From contig JANOEP010000016.1 in NCBI GenBank assembly GCA_031441465.1, forward strand, positions 32,001 to 96,000: a DNA stretch of 64,000 nucleotides, in the 5' to 3' direction. Numbering within the stretch: the stretch's first letter is position 1; each line of letters begins with the position of its first letter. The DNA is from a bacterium. GTDB lineage: Bacteria > Krumholzibacteriota > Krumholzibacteriia > LZORAL124-64-63. This document shows positions 29,649 to 39,557 of the stretch, one piece after another. Under the pieces are notes generated by a model. It was given only the letters and a program-made list of their open reading frames with translations, did no database searches and was not told the origin of the DNA. The position numbers and the translations under genes are program-made.

Positions 29649-31205
29649 ATGAGCACTCACCATCTCCATCTGCCCACGCCGGACAAGGCGCGTCTTGCGG
29701 CCGGACTAGCCCGGCTGGGTCGCCGCCGTAGCCGGCCCGTGGTGGGGCTCACCCTCGGCGTGTTCGACTTCTGCCACGAAGGCCACATCAGCCTGCTGAA
29801 ACGCGCGGCCGGGATGTGCGACCGCCTGGTGGTCGGCGTGCACACCGACGACGAGGTGCGCCGGTACAAGGGCGTCCAACCCGCCAACTCGGAACTCGAG
29901 CGGGCGGCCGCGGTCCGCGCCCTGGGGATCGCGCACACGGTGGTCGTCGGCAGCGACCGGGCCCGGATGTGCCGCGACTTCGGGGTGAAGCTCGTGTTCC
30001 ACGGCGACGACTGGGATCCCGCCGCCTACCGACGGCGCTGGGGCGAGGACCTCATCGCGCGGTTCGGCCTGGAACTCGTGCTGCTGCCGCACACTCCCGG
30101 GATCAACAGCACGCAGCTGCGGTCCGCGGTGCCCGACGTCGGCTGGTGGCTGTACAGCAGCCGGTCGGACTGGAGCCGGACCCACATCTTCGATCACCTG
30201 CGGGATCTCTACGCGCAGATCGGCGGGGTCTGGTTCGTGGGGGAGGAGGGGCGCGAACTGGTGCGGCGGCATTTTCCGGACGCGCCCTGCGCCCTGCTGC
30301 GCGAGGAACAGGAGGCGGCCGTCGCCGCGGCGTCGATCGCGCGCTACGAACTGGAGGTGATCGTCACCGCCCACTTCAACTTCGACGCCATGGTGCCGGT
30401 GCTGCGCGGTTCACCGCGGCCGATCGCGCTGGTCGCGTTGTCGCACGGGCGCAGCGGCAAGCCGGGCACGAGCGCCGACGCGGCTCGCCACCGCGCGGCG
30501 GCGATGGCGCCCCGTGGGACCGGGGTGGTCGCGGTCGGCAACCTAACCGTCCACGACTGGTCGTTCGCACCCGACGCCTACCTGCACTGCGACGGTTTCC
30601 TGCAGGGCGGCGGGTCGTTCACGAATCCGCCGCCGGCCGGTCGCCCGCGGATCCTGCTGTTGCCGACCTGGGGTCCCCGCGCCGAGAAGCGTGGCTTGCT
30701 GATGTCGCGGCGTTGGCAGGAGCCGCTGCGACAGCTGTCACGCGTCGCGGACTTGGTGCTCGCGCCCCACCCGCTGTCCTCGCCGCAGGACGTGCGGCGG
30801 TACGCGCAGGGGATCGGTGCTTCGGCGTTGCCGGCAGACGGCCGGTCCTTCGTCCACGTGGCCGAGGCGCACGCGGTGATCGGCGACCTTTCGGGCGTGT
30901 TCTGGGAAGCCCTGCTCTTCGACACCCCCGCGGTGCTGGTCCGCGGCGCCGCGGACGCGGCTTGGCCGCCGGAGCTGCCGCCGTCGCGGGACGAGACCCT
31001 GGCGATCGTGCCCGGAGCCGACCCGCGGGATCTGGCCGACACGGTGCTAGCTCTGCTCGGTGAACGCCGGCCGCGGCAACGCGCGCTGGCCGAAGCCCGG
31101 CTGGGCGTCATCGACGGAGCCGCCACCAGGCGCATCGCGCAGAGGATCCGGGACATGCAGAACCCGCCCGCCGGGGAGGGGAACCGGCCGCCGGATCCTG
31201 CGTAG
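29649..31205 (+). CDS. Fusion of TagD-like cytidylyltransferase and TagB/TagF-like CDP-glycerol glycerophosphotransferase
   Basis: N-term GVFDFCHEGH, VGVHTD, HGDDW, TPGINST; C-term ILLLPTW, APHP, IGDLSGVFWEALLFDTP. Confidence 0.7.
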   Translation: MSTHHLHLPTPDKARLAAGLARLGRRRSRPVVGLTLGVFDFCHEGHISLLKRAAGMCDRLVVGVHTDDEVRRYKGVQPANSELERAAAVRALGIAHTVVVGSDRARMCRDFGVKLVFHGDDWDPAAYRRRWGEDLIARFGLELVLLPHTPGINSTQLRSAVPDVGWWLYSSRSDWSRTHIFDHLRDLYAQIGGVWFVGEEGRELVRRHFPDAPCALLREEQEAAVAAASIARYELEVIVTAHFNFDAMVPVLRGSPRPIALVALSHGRSGKPGTSADAARHRAAAMAPRGTGVVAVGNLTVHDWSFAPDAYLHCDGFLQGGGSFTNPPPAGRPRILLLPTWGPRAEKRGLLMSRRWQEPLRQLSRVADLVLAPHPLSSPQDVRRYAQGIGASALPADGRSFVHVAEAHAVIGDLSGVFWEALLFDTPAVLVRGAADAAWPPELPPSRDETLAIVPGADPRDLADTVLALLGERRPRQRALAEARLGVIDGAATRRIAQRIRDMQNPPAGEGNRPPDPA

Positions 31206-31295
31206 AACGGGACGAAGGTGTTGCGGCTGCGTCACTTTATTTACCGCAGGTAAAATTCCTGGCGCCCAACCCGAACCGGCTTAGCTTGAGGCCCC

Positions 31296-32294
31296 ATGCG
31301 CGACACCTTCAGAAAAGCGGACCTTCACGTCCATTCGTCCTTCTCGTTCGACGTGCCCGACCTCGGGGCGCTCCACCCGCGTGCGCTCTTCGAGGCGGCG
31401 CTGGGCCATCCCGATCCGGAGCGGCGGTTGGACTGGTTCACGCTGACCGACCACGACACGATGGCCGGCTGGGAAGCGCTGGTGCGCGAACTTCCCGAGG
31501 CCGACCGCGCCCTGGTGATCCCCGCCGTCGAGCACACGCTGCGCGACCCGACCCTCGGCTTCACGATCCACACCAACCTCTACGGTCTGGATCCCGACGC
31601 CTACGCGCGGTTGCGCGCCAAGGTGCGCACGCTGGATGAGCTGTGCGCGTACTGCGACGAGCGCGGCATCCACTACCAGTACAACCACCCGACTTGGTGG
31701 GAACGCGCCGAGCTGCGGCGCGGGCAGGTGGACTTCGCGCGCGTGCCGGAGATCGCCGCGCGCTTCCCGGTGCTCGAGCTGAACGCCGCGCGCACGCCGG
31801 CCCAGAACCTGATCACCGCCGGTCTGGCCGCCGAACACGGGCTGCCCCTGACCGCCTCGTCGGACACCCACACCGGCGCCGTCGGGCGCGGCTGGACCGC
31901 GGCCTCCGGGGGCACCGCGGCCGAGTTCCTCGGCGCGGTCTGGCGCGGCGAAGGGACGACGCACCTCGACCACCTGTCGCACGCGGCGCTGGTGGACGAG
32001 GCGCACGGGCTCATCGACGAGTTCATGGACCGCGGCCGCATCCACGGCCCGGCCGGGCGCGAGCCGTCCAGTCCGGCCCAGGCCTGGCTGGAGCACATGG
32101 CGCTGCTGCTGGTGCGCTCGCGCTGGGTGCAGCAGACCCCGGCGGCGCGCGAATCGCTGCGCACGCTGCTGAAACACGCGTCGGTCCCGATCCTCAAGTT
32201 GGTCATGGATCACGAGCACCGGCTGGATCGCCGGCTCGCCGATTCGGAACTGCGGACCTACCTGACGCAGGTGCAGATCGCCCACGCCGCCTAG
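31296..32294 (+). CDS. PHP domain metallophosphoesterase-like protein
   Basis: DLHVHS, TLTDHD, NHP, SSDTH metal-binding motifs. Confidence 0.85.
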   Translation: MRDTFRKADLHVHSSFSFDVPDLGALHPRALFEAALGHPDPERRLDWFTLTDHDTMAGWEALVRELPEADRALVIPAVEHTLRDPTLGFTIHTNLYGLDPDAYARLRAKVRTLDELCAYCDERGIHYQYNHPTWWERAELRRGQVDFARVPEIAARFPVLELNAARTPAQNLITAGLAAEHGLPLTASSDTHTGAVGRGWTAASGGTAAEFLGAVWRGEGTTHLDHLSHAALVDEAHGLIDEFMDRGRIHGPAGREPSSPAQAWLEHMALLLVRSRWVQQTPAARESLRTLLKHASVPILKLVMDHEHRLDRRLADSELRTYLTQVQIAHAA

Positions 32295-32339
32295 GCGACG
32301 GCCGGCGGCGGACCTCACCGAGAATCTCCGGAAACTTCA

Positions 32340-32372
32340 AGAGGCGGGACCCCCTGAACGGGTCCCGCCTCT
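32340..32372. terminator. Hairpin between convergent genes
   Basis: AGAGGCGGGACCC-CCTGAAC-GGGTCCCGCCTCT, 13-bp stem. Confidence 0.7.
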
Positions 32373-32404
32373 GCTTCGAGGCTCTCAAACCTGCCGGTCG
32401 CGGC

Positions 32405-34942
32405 TCAGCGCACCAACAGGCCCTTCTGGGTGCGCACGTCGCCGCCCGCCTCCAACCGGAAGACGTAGCCGCCGCTGCTCATGGCGCGGCCCTGGGCATC
32501 GGTGCCGTCCCACACGGCGGCGTGCTCGCCCGCGGGCAGCTCGCCGTCGCTCAGGATCTTCACCAGATGGCCGCGCATGTCGTGGACCGACAGCCGGGCC
32601 TGGCCGGCCGACGGCAGGTCGAAGCGGACCTCGGTGCGCGGGTTGAACGGGTTGGGCGCCACGGCGCGCAGGTTGGCCTGGCCGGCCTGCGGCAGGTCGC
32701 CGGCATCGGTTCCCAGGGAACGCTGGAGACCCCAGATCTCGACTTCGTCGAGGTTCCAGCCCGAGTACAACCAACTGGAGTCGGTGGTCCCCATGGTCCA
32801 GCGGACGTAGACCGTGGCGTGGCCGTCGGCCACCGCCGAGATGTCGTACTCGACGAGCGACCACGCGGCGTCGATGACCTCGGAGGTGTTCTGCCAGACC
32901 GTGGTCCAACTGACGCCGTCGTTGCTGACGCGCAGCAGGGCGTGGTCGTACGCGGGCTGCTCGACGTTCAGCCAGCGCCGGAACTTCAGGGTGACCGCCG
33001 CCAGACCGCTGCAATCCAGGGCCTGGGTGGTGAGGTGGCGCTCGGGCAGGTTGTTGGCGTAATCGCCCGCGAGGTTGTAGCCGTAGACCGCGCCGCCGTT
33101 CCAGCCGCCGGTGGGGTCGTTCTCGCCGTGCTCGCCGCCGAGGCCGGTCGGCACGCCCCAGGCCCACTGGCCCTCGACGCTCCAGCCGGGGTTGGTGCTC
33201 ATGTCGAACCCGAAGACCAGCTCGGGGTGGCCGACCTGCAGGGACAGGGGCGCCGTCGCGTCGCCTTCGTGGTCGGTGGTGTTGGTGAACGACAGCGTGC
33301 CGGTGTGGATGCCGGTCGCCAGCGTGTTCGCCGCGGCGTTGAGCGAGACGGTGACGATGACGTCGCCGCCCGCGGGGATCGTGCCGCCGGCGTTGGCGAC
33401 GCTCACCCAGGCGGCGTCGGCCGCGACCAGGTAATTGACGGCGGTGTCGCCGGCGTTGGACAGCGTGTAGTCCTTGCTCGCGGGCGTGAACGGGCCGCCG
33501 ACCTCGCCCTGCGCGGACAGGCCGCTCGACGGTGCGACGCGCAGGCCGGACGCGTAAGGGGCCAGCAGGTCGAGCGTCTGCGCGCCGGTGCCCGAGGGGT
33601 CGAGCCAGTTGCTCAGGCGCGTGGCCGGGGTGCCGCCGCCGGTCCAGGAAACGGAGAGGCGACCGTACCAGTCGGCGAGATTGTTGCCGCAGGCGGCGTA
33701 GCCGCCGTGCAGCTGGCCCACGACGTGGTGGTTCTGGTCGAACAGCGGCGAGCCCGAGGAGCCGCCCTCGGTGGTGCCCACGTCCCAGTCCGCGACGCGC
33801 AGGTGGGTGCCGTTGCCGGGGGCGACGTCCTGCAGGTAGGTGGTCGTGGTCAGGGGGTCGTTCTCGAAGCTGATGCTCTTCTCGTCGGTGCTCGGGTGGT
33901 GGATGCCCGTAGCCGAGGTCGGGTTCTGGGTGCCGCGGTCCCAGCCCGCGTAGGCGACGTTCCAGGAGGCGTCGGGCACGGAGTTCAGCTCGACCAGCGT
34001 GAAGTCCGACGTGCTGGACTCGGCGCGGAAGGTGCTGCCGGTCAGGAACTGGGACAGCGAGCCGCCGCCGTGCTGGCCGCAGGCCGGGCTGTTGAAGTTC
34101 CAGTAGGTGACGAGTGTCGGCGCCTGCAAGGTGTGGATCCCGCAGTGGTAGGCCGTCATGAAGAAGGAGCGCTCGTCCTGGGCGGTGTTGTTGATCATGA
34201 AGCCGGAGCAGAACGTGCTGCCGCCGGTCGAGATCACGGCCACCGACTGGATGTCGTCGCGCCAGCCGTCGCCGTCGGGGCAGACGACGTCGATGTTGCA
34301 GGTGCCGGACTTGTCGACGAGGGTCTCGCCGAAGGTCTTGTAGCCCACGTTCACCGAGGTCAGCTCGAGTTCCAGGTCGGCCGCGGCCTTGGCCGCGATC
34401 TGCACCTCGACGACCATCTCGGCGCCGGGGACGATGGGCGTCCAGAGCTGGCCGTGGTCGCGGTTGTCGGCGGCGGTGAAGGCGATCGCCGGTTGCGACA
34501 GGTCGGCCGGGTAGATCAGCAGGCGGCCGTTCTCGGGCATGACGAAGCGCGTGAACCCGAGATTCAGCGACACGGCGCCGGGGCTGGAGATCCGCAGGCG
34601 CCACAGCCGGGTGCTCTCGCTCAGGACTTCCCAGGTGCCGTGGGTGTCGGGCGCGATGAAAGTCCGCTGGGGGATGGCGAAGCGGGGCGGTTCGCCGTCG
34701 CGTGCGCGGACGGCGTCCTCGGCCAGGGCCTGGTCGCGATCGACGGTGTCGGCCGCGAAGACCTCGACGCTCGCCAGGGGGCGCAGGCCGGTTGCCGCCG
34801 CGGGGCTGGCCGTGCGGTCGGCGGCCTCGGCGCTCAGGCTCAGGGCCGTCAGCAGGGCGAGCGCCAGCAACAGCGCCGGGACGGCGACGCGCAGCGCGTT
34901 GCGACTGCGCGCCACGACTTCGATTCCGACTTTGGTCATCAT
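32405..34942 (-). CDS. Secreted lysyl endopeptidase-like S1 serine protease with BACON-like, beta-sandwich and FlgD-Ig domains
   Basis: CNIDVVC, CSGFMIN, TAYHCG, DFTLVEL, GIHHP..DEK, TEGGSSGSP; VAPNPFNP tail; exact start uncertain. Confidence 0.88.
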   Translation of the reverse strand: MMTKVGIEVVARSRNALRVAVPALLLALALLTALSLSAEAADRTASPAAATGLRPLASVEVFAADTVDRDQALAEDAVRARDGEPPRFAIPQRTFIAPDTHGTWEVLSESTRLWRLRISSPGAVSLNLGFTRFVMPENGRLLIYPADLSQPAIAFTAADNRDHGQLWTPIVPGAEMVVEVQIAAKAAADLELELTSVNVGYKTFGETLVDKSGTCNIDVVCPDGDGWRDDIQSVAVISTGGSTFCSGFMINNTAQDERSFFMTAYHCGIHTLQAPTLVTYWNFNSPACGQHGGGSLSQFLTGSTFRAESSTSDFTLVELNSVPDASWNVAYAGWDRGTQNPTSATGIHHPSTDEKSISFENDPLTTTTYLQDVAPGNGTHLRVADWDVGTTEGGSSGSPLFDQNHHVVGQLHGGYAACGNNLADWYGRLSVSWTGGGTPATRLSNWLDPSGTGAQTLDLLAPYASGLRVAPSSGLSAQGEVGGPFTPASKDYTLSNAGDTAVNYLVAADAAWVSVANAGGTIPAGGDVIVTVSLNAAANTLATGIHTGTLSFTNTTDHEGDATAPLSLQVGHPELVFGFDMSTNPGWSVEGQWAWGVPTGLGGEHGENDPTGGWNGGAVYGYNLAGDYANNLPERHLTTQALDCSGLAAVTLKFRRWLNVEQPAYDHALLRVSNDGVSWTTVWQNTSEVIDAAWSLVEYDISAVADGHATVYVRWTMGTTDSSWLYSGWNLDEVEIWGLQRSLGTDAGDLPQAGQANLRAVAPNPFNPRTEVRFDLPSAGQARLSVHDMRGHLVKILSDGELPAGEHAAVWDGTDAQGRAMSSGGYVFRLEAGGDVRTQKGLLVR

Positions 34943-35111
34943 TCCCATCCTCGCGGATCGGGTGTTTGGAGGCATGGGAACCAGTCCCATGGTCGATCTA
35001 CCGGAGGGAGGGGCGAGGACCCCAACGTCCACATCGTACAATGATAGCTTAAAAAGCCGGATCAGTGCAAAAAAGAAGGCAGAATTAGTCGGAGATAAGG
35101 GTGGAGGCGCG

Positions 35112-35888
35112 TCAGCGCGCGCCTGCGCCCGTCAGGACCACGCGGACCGTGGACAGCAGGATGCGCAGATCCAGCGTCCAACCGGCCCTCGTGATGTAGA
35201 AAGTGTCCAGGCGCAGCTTGCGTTGGACCGAGCGCAGGTCATCGTCGTAGCCGTTGTTGACCTGGGCCAAGCCCGTGATGCCCGGCAGGGCGTCCAGGCG
35301 AGCCAGGTAGCCGGGGACCGTGGCCTCGTACTGGCGCACGAAGCACAGCCGCTCGGGCCGGGGGCCGATCAGGGTCATCTCGCCCTTCAGGACGTTCCAG
35401 AACTGGGGCACCTCGTCCAGACGCGTCTGGCGCAGGAAACGTCCGACCCGGGTGATGCGGGCGTCGCTGGCCTGAGCCAACTGGGGGCCGTTGCGCTCGG
35501 CGTCGGTCCGCATGGAACGCAGCTTCCAGATGCGGAACGGGCGGCCCGGGTAGATCACCTTGCGGCGTTCGCAACTCGTGTGGCCGGCGTTGCGGCGGCG
35601 CAGATTGCGGCCGATGCGGGTCTGGGAGTAGAAGACGGGGCCGCGCGAATCCACGAAGATCGCCAAGGCGATGATCGGCAGCAACACCGTGAACAGGGAC
35701 AGCGCGATCACCGATGCGGCGATATCGCCGGTGCGGCGCAGTCCGAGGTACAGCGGCGAGTGCCGGGGTTCGGCGCGGGGCGCCGTCCTCTCCAGGTCGT
35801 GAAAAAGGCGTGCTGTTTCATGACCGACGTTGTCGAGCGCCGTCGGCTGCAGCAGCGTGGCTTGAGCGTTGTCACTGAAATTGACCAT
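35112..35888 (-). CDS. Sugar transferase (polyprenyl glycosylphosphotransferase catalytic domain)
   Basis: One TM helix; DSRGPVFYSQ, KLRSM, DARITRVGRFLR, LDEVPQFWNVLKGEM, GPRPE, PGITGLAQV. Confidence 0.92.
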   Translation of the reverse strand: MVNFSDNAQATLLQPTALDNVGHETARLFHDLERTAPRAEPRHSPLYLGLRRTGDIAASVIALSLFTVLLPIIALAIFVDSRGPVFYSQTRIGRNLRRRNAGHTSCERRKVIYPGRPFRIWKLRSMRTDAERNGPQLAQASDARITRVGRFLRQTRLDEVPQFWNVLKGEMTLIGPRPERLCFVRQYEATVPGYLARLDALPGITGLAQVNNGYDDDLRSVQRKLRLDTFYITRAGWTLDLRILLSTVRVVLTGAGAR

Positions 35889-36360
35889 GATGTTCGACTG
35901 AGTCCCTCTGATGTTCGATCCCACGTGGTGCTCTCGCACCATCTTCGTCAGGCTGATCGCTGCTTGATCATCCGTGAGAGTGCTCCATTATAAAGGAGAC
36001 TTCTCAGGTAGTCTATAGCGACATCGATAAAAATCGATGTCGAAAGCATGCGAATTCACAAATGGTAAGCTCATTCCCGGCCCCCCAGCCGAGAACAGGA
36101 TCACAATACCACGAACCGACCAAAGGTCAAGGCAATTTCCTGTTGAAAATACAACATCACGAAACATACCTGACCGGTTCCGGATTCTGTCATCAGTGGG
36201 CAAGTTCCTCCAGGAAGGCGGCGTCGACCCACCAAATGGCCGACCGGCCGTTGCCGGGGGCGTCTTCCAGTGGGCGACCAGGACGGCGCCGAGGATGCGC
36301 TTGACCCCGATCCTGCGACCTGTTCCCATGCGGGCATCCTATTGTCCGGGAGGTCGGAAC

Positions 36361-36828
36361 ATGTTCGAACGAAGGATCTCCACGTGCGGCGCCGCGGCCC
36401 TGTTGGCCGTGTTGCTGCTGTCCGGCTGCGCCGGCACGTCCCCCGATCTGCGCGGCTCCTGGGTCCTGGTGAGCGCCGGCGATCAGAAGTTCCCAGCGGT
36501 CGAGGCGCCCGGCCCAGAGGACATCGTCAAGATCCTGAACGACGACGCCTTCGCCACCACGGGTCGGGCCGCCGGCAAGTTCGACGGCGGCGCGGGCACC
36601 TGGTCCTACCGCGACGGCGTCTACACCGAGTGTGTCCGCGTCCACTCGAACGAGGCGATGATGGGTGAGAAGATCAGCTTCACCTGCCGCGTCGAGGGGG
36701 ACTTCTGGCACCACGCGGCGGACTTTGTGGCCAAGGGCCGTCGCTACGTCATCGACGAAGTGTGGCGCCGGCTCGCGCCCGAAACGTGCCAAGCCGTCCC
36801 GACCGAACCCGAGGGCGTGCCGGAGTGA
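36361..36828 (+). CDS. Lipoprotein, lipocalin-like beta-barrel
   Basis: Lipobox LLSGC; LRGSWVLVS, GAGTW..YTE, EVWRR; GGAGG RBS. Confidence 0.65.
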   Translation: MFERRISTCGAAALLAVLLLSGCAGTSPDLRGSWVLVSAGDQKFPAVEAPGPEDIVKILNDDAFATTGRAAGKFDGGAGTWSYRDGVYTECVRVHSNEAMMGEKISFTCRVEGDFWHHAADFVAKGRRYVIDEVWRRLAPETCQAVPTEPEGVPE

Positions 36829-36832
36829 CATC

Positions 36833-38068
36833 ATGACCACCTCCCGCCTCACCTGCACCGTCGTCGTGAAACCGGGCCGCGAGGACGCGGTGCCCGGGCG
36901 GCATCCCTGGATCTTCAAGGGTTCGATCGCCCGCGTGATGGGTTACCACGCGCCGGGCGATCCGTGCGCGTTCGTGACCGAGGACGGCGGCGCGCTGGGC
37001 TGGGGCTACGTCAACACGCGGTCGCTGCTGGCGGGGCGGATCGTGAGCCTCGAAGGGCCGGTGACGCACCGCCTGCTGCACGAGCGGCTGGGCGAGGCCG
37101 TCGCCGCGCGCGCGGCCCTGGGCCTGGGTGACGGCGGGCCCCTGGGAAACGGCGGCACCCCGAGCCGCCGGGGCGAGGAACAGACCGACTGCTATCGGTT
37201 GGTGAACTCCGAAGGGGACAGCCTGCCCGGACTGGTCATCGACCGCTACGGGACGGGCCTGGTCCTGCAGTTCCTGACCGCGGGCGCCGAGCGCTGGCGG
37301 CAGGAAGTGATCGCCGCGCTGACCGAGCACCTCGCCCCGACGTTCATCTACGAGCGCAGCGACTCGCGGACCCGCACCGACGAAGGGCTCGAGGCGGCGC
37401 GGGGGCTGCTGTCGGGCGCGTTGACCGATCCGGTGCTGGTGCGTGAGAACGGGCTGATCTACGAGACCTCGCCCGAGGCGGGTCACAAGACCGGCCTGTA
37501 CCTCGACCAGCGCGAGAACCGTGCGCTCGTCGGCGCCCTGGCGCGCGATCGCCGCGTGCTGAACTGCTTTGCCTACACCGGCGGCTTCTCGATGTCGGCG
37601 GCCGCCGGCGGCGCCGAGAACGTGGTGTCGGTGGACGCCTCGAAGTCGGCCTGCGCGGCGGCGGAGCGCAACCTGCGGCGCAACGGTTTCCCCGAAGCGG
37701 CCGGGTTGGTGCAACGCGAGGATGTGTTCCGTTTCCTGCGCCCGGGCCGTGATCGATACGACCTGGTGATCCTCGACCCGCCGAAGTTCGCCCGTTCGCA
37801 GCGCGAACTCGACGGGGCGGAGCGCGGCTACCGCGAGATCAACCGCCTGGGCGTCGACAAGCTGGCGCCGGGCGGGCTGCTGCTCACCTTCTCCTGCAGC
37901 CAGGCGATGAACCTGCTGCGCTTCCAGCAAGTGGCGCAGGAAGCCGTGCTCGCCGCAGGCCGCCGCGCCCGCGTGCTGCGCCGCCTATCAGGTGGCCCGG
38001 ATCACCCATGGATGCTGGGTCACCGCGAAGGTGAGTATCTCAAGGGCTTGCTGCTGCTCGTGAGCTGA
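36833..38068 (+). CDS. rlmI: RlmI-family SAM-dependent rRNA methyltransferase
   Basis: HPWIF, SEGDSLPGL, GHKTGLYLDQRENR, VLNCFAYTGGF, ILDPPKF, FSCS, YLKG. Confidence 0.88.
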   Translation: MTTSRLTCTVVVKPGREDAVPGRHPWIFKGSIARVMGYHAPGDPCAFVTEDGGALGWGYVNTRSLLAGRIVSLEGPVTHRLLHERLGEAVAARAALGLGDGGPLGNGGTPSRRGEEQTDCYRLVNSEGDSLPGLVIDRYGTGLVLQFLTAGAERWRQEVIAALTEHLAPTFIYERSDSRTRTDEGLEAARGLLSGALTDPVLVRENGLIYETSPEAGHKTGLYLDQRENRALVGALARDRRVLNCFAYTGGFSMSAAAGGAENVVSVDASKSACAAAERNLRRNGFPEAAGLVQREDVFRFLRPGRDRYDLVILDPPKFARSQRELDGAERGYREINRLGVDKLAPGGLLLTFSCSQAMNLLRFQQVAQEAVLAAGRRARVLRRLSGGPDHPWMLGHREGEYLKGLLLLVS

Positions 38069-38098
38069 AGTTCCGCTGTTCCCTGCCCACATCCATCT

Positions 38099-38246
38099 CG
38101 TCCCGGGTACACACACGCGTCCCGTCGGGGGTGTCTGCCGGGTTCCGGCGCCAGGTGGGCGCCGGAGGCCGACAGCCAAGCGATGCCGGGCACAGGATGT
38201 GCCCGGCGAGCGCCCCCCGACGGGACGCGTGTGTGTACCCGGGACG
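38099..38246. repeat. 148-bp element bounded by perfect 33-bp inverted repeats with two internal hairpins (MITE/REPIN-like)
   Basis: CGTCCCGGGTACACACACGCGTCCCGTCGGGGG (38099-38131) and its exact reverse complement (38214-38246). Confidence 0.8.
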
Positions 38247-38331
38247 TAGGCCGCACTTGGTCAGGCACCTTGCGGATGCTACACTTCAAATCTGCAAGAG
38301 CATGTCCAGGGCGACCGGAAGGGATGGGTTC

Positions 38332-39108
38332 ATGGCGGTAAAGGCATATCTGCGACCGAAGTCGGCCGCCGAGGCGCTGGCCTTGGTAGAGGGGGACGAG
38401 CGCGCTGCGCTGATCGGGGGCGGGGCCTATCTGCGGCTGGCAGCGCGTGGATACGAGACGGCAGTCGATCTGTGCGATGCTGGGCTCGACCGTGTGCGCG
38501 TCGAGGGCGGGATGCTGTGGATCGGGGCCATGGTGACCTACCGGCGGCTGGAGACCGATTCCGTGGTGAGGGACTGGTGCGGCGGGCTGCTGGGGCGCTG
38601 CGTGGAGAACATCGTCGGGGTGCAGGTGCGCAACATCGTGACCGTGGGCGGCACGGTGGCGGGACGCTATGCGTTCGCCAATTTGACCACGGCGTTGTTG
38701 GCGCTGGGGGCCGAGGTGGTGCTGGAGCGCGGCGGTCGCAAGCCGCTGGAACAGTTCCTGGCCGACAAGGCGCTGGTGCGCGACGTGCTGGTCGAGGTGG
38801 TGGTGCCGGCGAAGCCGCAGCGGGGCGCCTGGCGGGACCTGACGCGGGTGCGGACGGATTTCGCGGTGCTGAACGCGGCGGCGGTGAGGCGCGGCGCCGA
38901 ATGGCGCGTCGCGGTCGGCGCGCGTCCCGGGGTCGCAAGGCTGTCGTACGGGGCCGCGAAAGCGGCGGCGGCCGGCGACGCGCTCGGCGCCGGCGCGGCG
39001 GCGGCCGCGGAGTTGGACTTCGGCGACGACCTGCGCGCATCGGCCGCTTATCGCCGACGGGTCTGCAGCACGCTGGTCGCGCGCGCGGTCGAGGAGGTCC
39101 TGTCATGA
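38332..39108 (+). CDS. Molybdenum hydroxylase FAD-binding subunit (YgfM-like)
   Basis: YLRPKS..EA, GGGAYL, IGAMVT, QVRNIVTVGG, DDLRASAAYRR. Confidence 0.85.
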   Translation: MAVKAYLRPKSAAEALALVEGDERAALIGGGAYLRLAARGYETAVDLCDAGLDRVRVEGGMLWIGAMVTYRRLETDSVVRDWCGGLLGRCVENIVGVQVRNIVTVGGTVAGRYAFANLTTALLALGAEVVLERGGRKPLEQFLADKALVRDVLVEVVVPAKPQRGAWRDLTRVRTDFAVLNAAAVRRGAEWRVAVGARPGVARLSYGAAKAAAAGDALGAGAAAAAELDFGDDLRASAAYRRRVCSTLVARAVEEVLS

Positions 39109-39557
39109 ACATCTCCCTGGAACTGAACGGGCGGCACGCGGACTGGGACGTCGAGCCCGGCGAAGCGCTGCTGGAAGCGCTGCGGCGCCACGGCGTGCTG
39201 AGCGTGAAGCGAGGCTGCGACACGGCCTCTTGCGGAACCTGCACCGTGCTGCTGGACGGGGCGCCGGTGCCGTCGTGCGCCGTGCCGGCGCCGCGCGCCG
39301 ACGGTCGTTCCGTGACCACGGTCGAGGGGCTGCCCGAGGAGACGGCGCGGCTGGGCGCCTGCCTGGCGGCCGAGGGGGCCGACCAGTGCGGCTTCTGCGC
39401 GCCCGGCCTGGTGGTCGCGGTGGTAGCGATGAGCCGCGAACTGGCCACTCCCGACGATGACGCGATCAACCACTACCTGGCCGGCAACCTCTGCCGTTGC
39501 GGCGGCTACGTCAGCCAGACCCGCGCGATCCGCCGCTACCTGGAGGAGGCGCGATGA
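39105..39557 (+). CDS. Molybdenum hydroxylase 2Fe-2S subunit
   Basis: GCDTASCGTC..SC and QCGFC..NLCRC; ATGA-coupled. Confidence 0.92.
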   Translation: MNISLELNGRHADWDVEPGEALLEALRRHGVLSVKRGCDTASCGTCTVLLDGAPVPSCAVPAPRADGRSVTTVEGLPEETARLGACLAAEGADQCGFCAPGLVVAVVAMSRELATPDDDAINHYLAGNLCRCGGYVSQTRAIRRYLEEAR

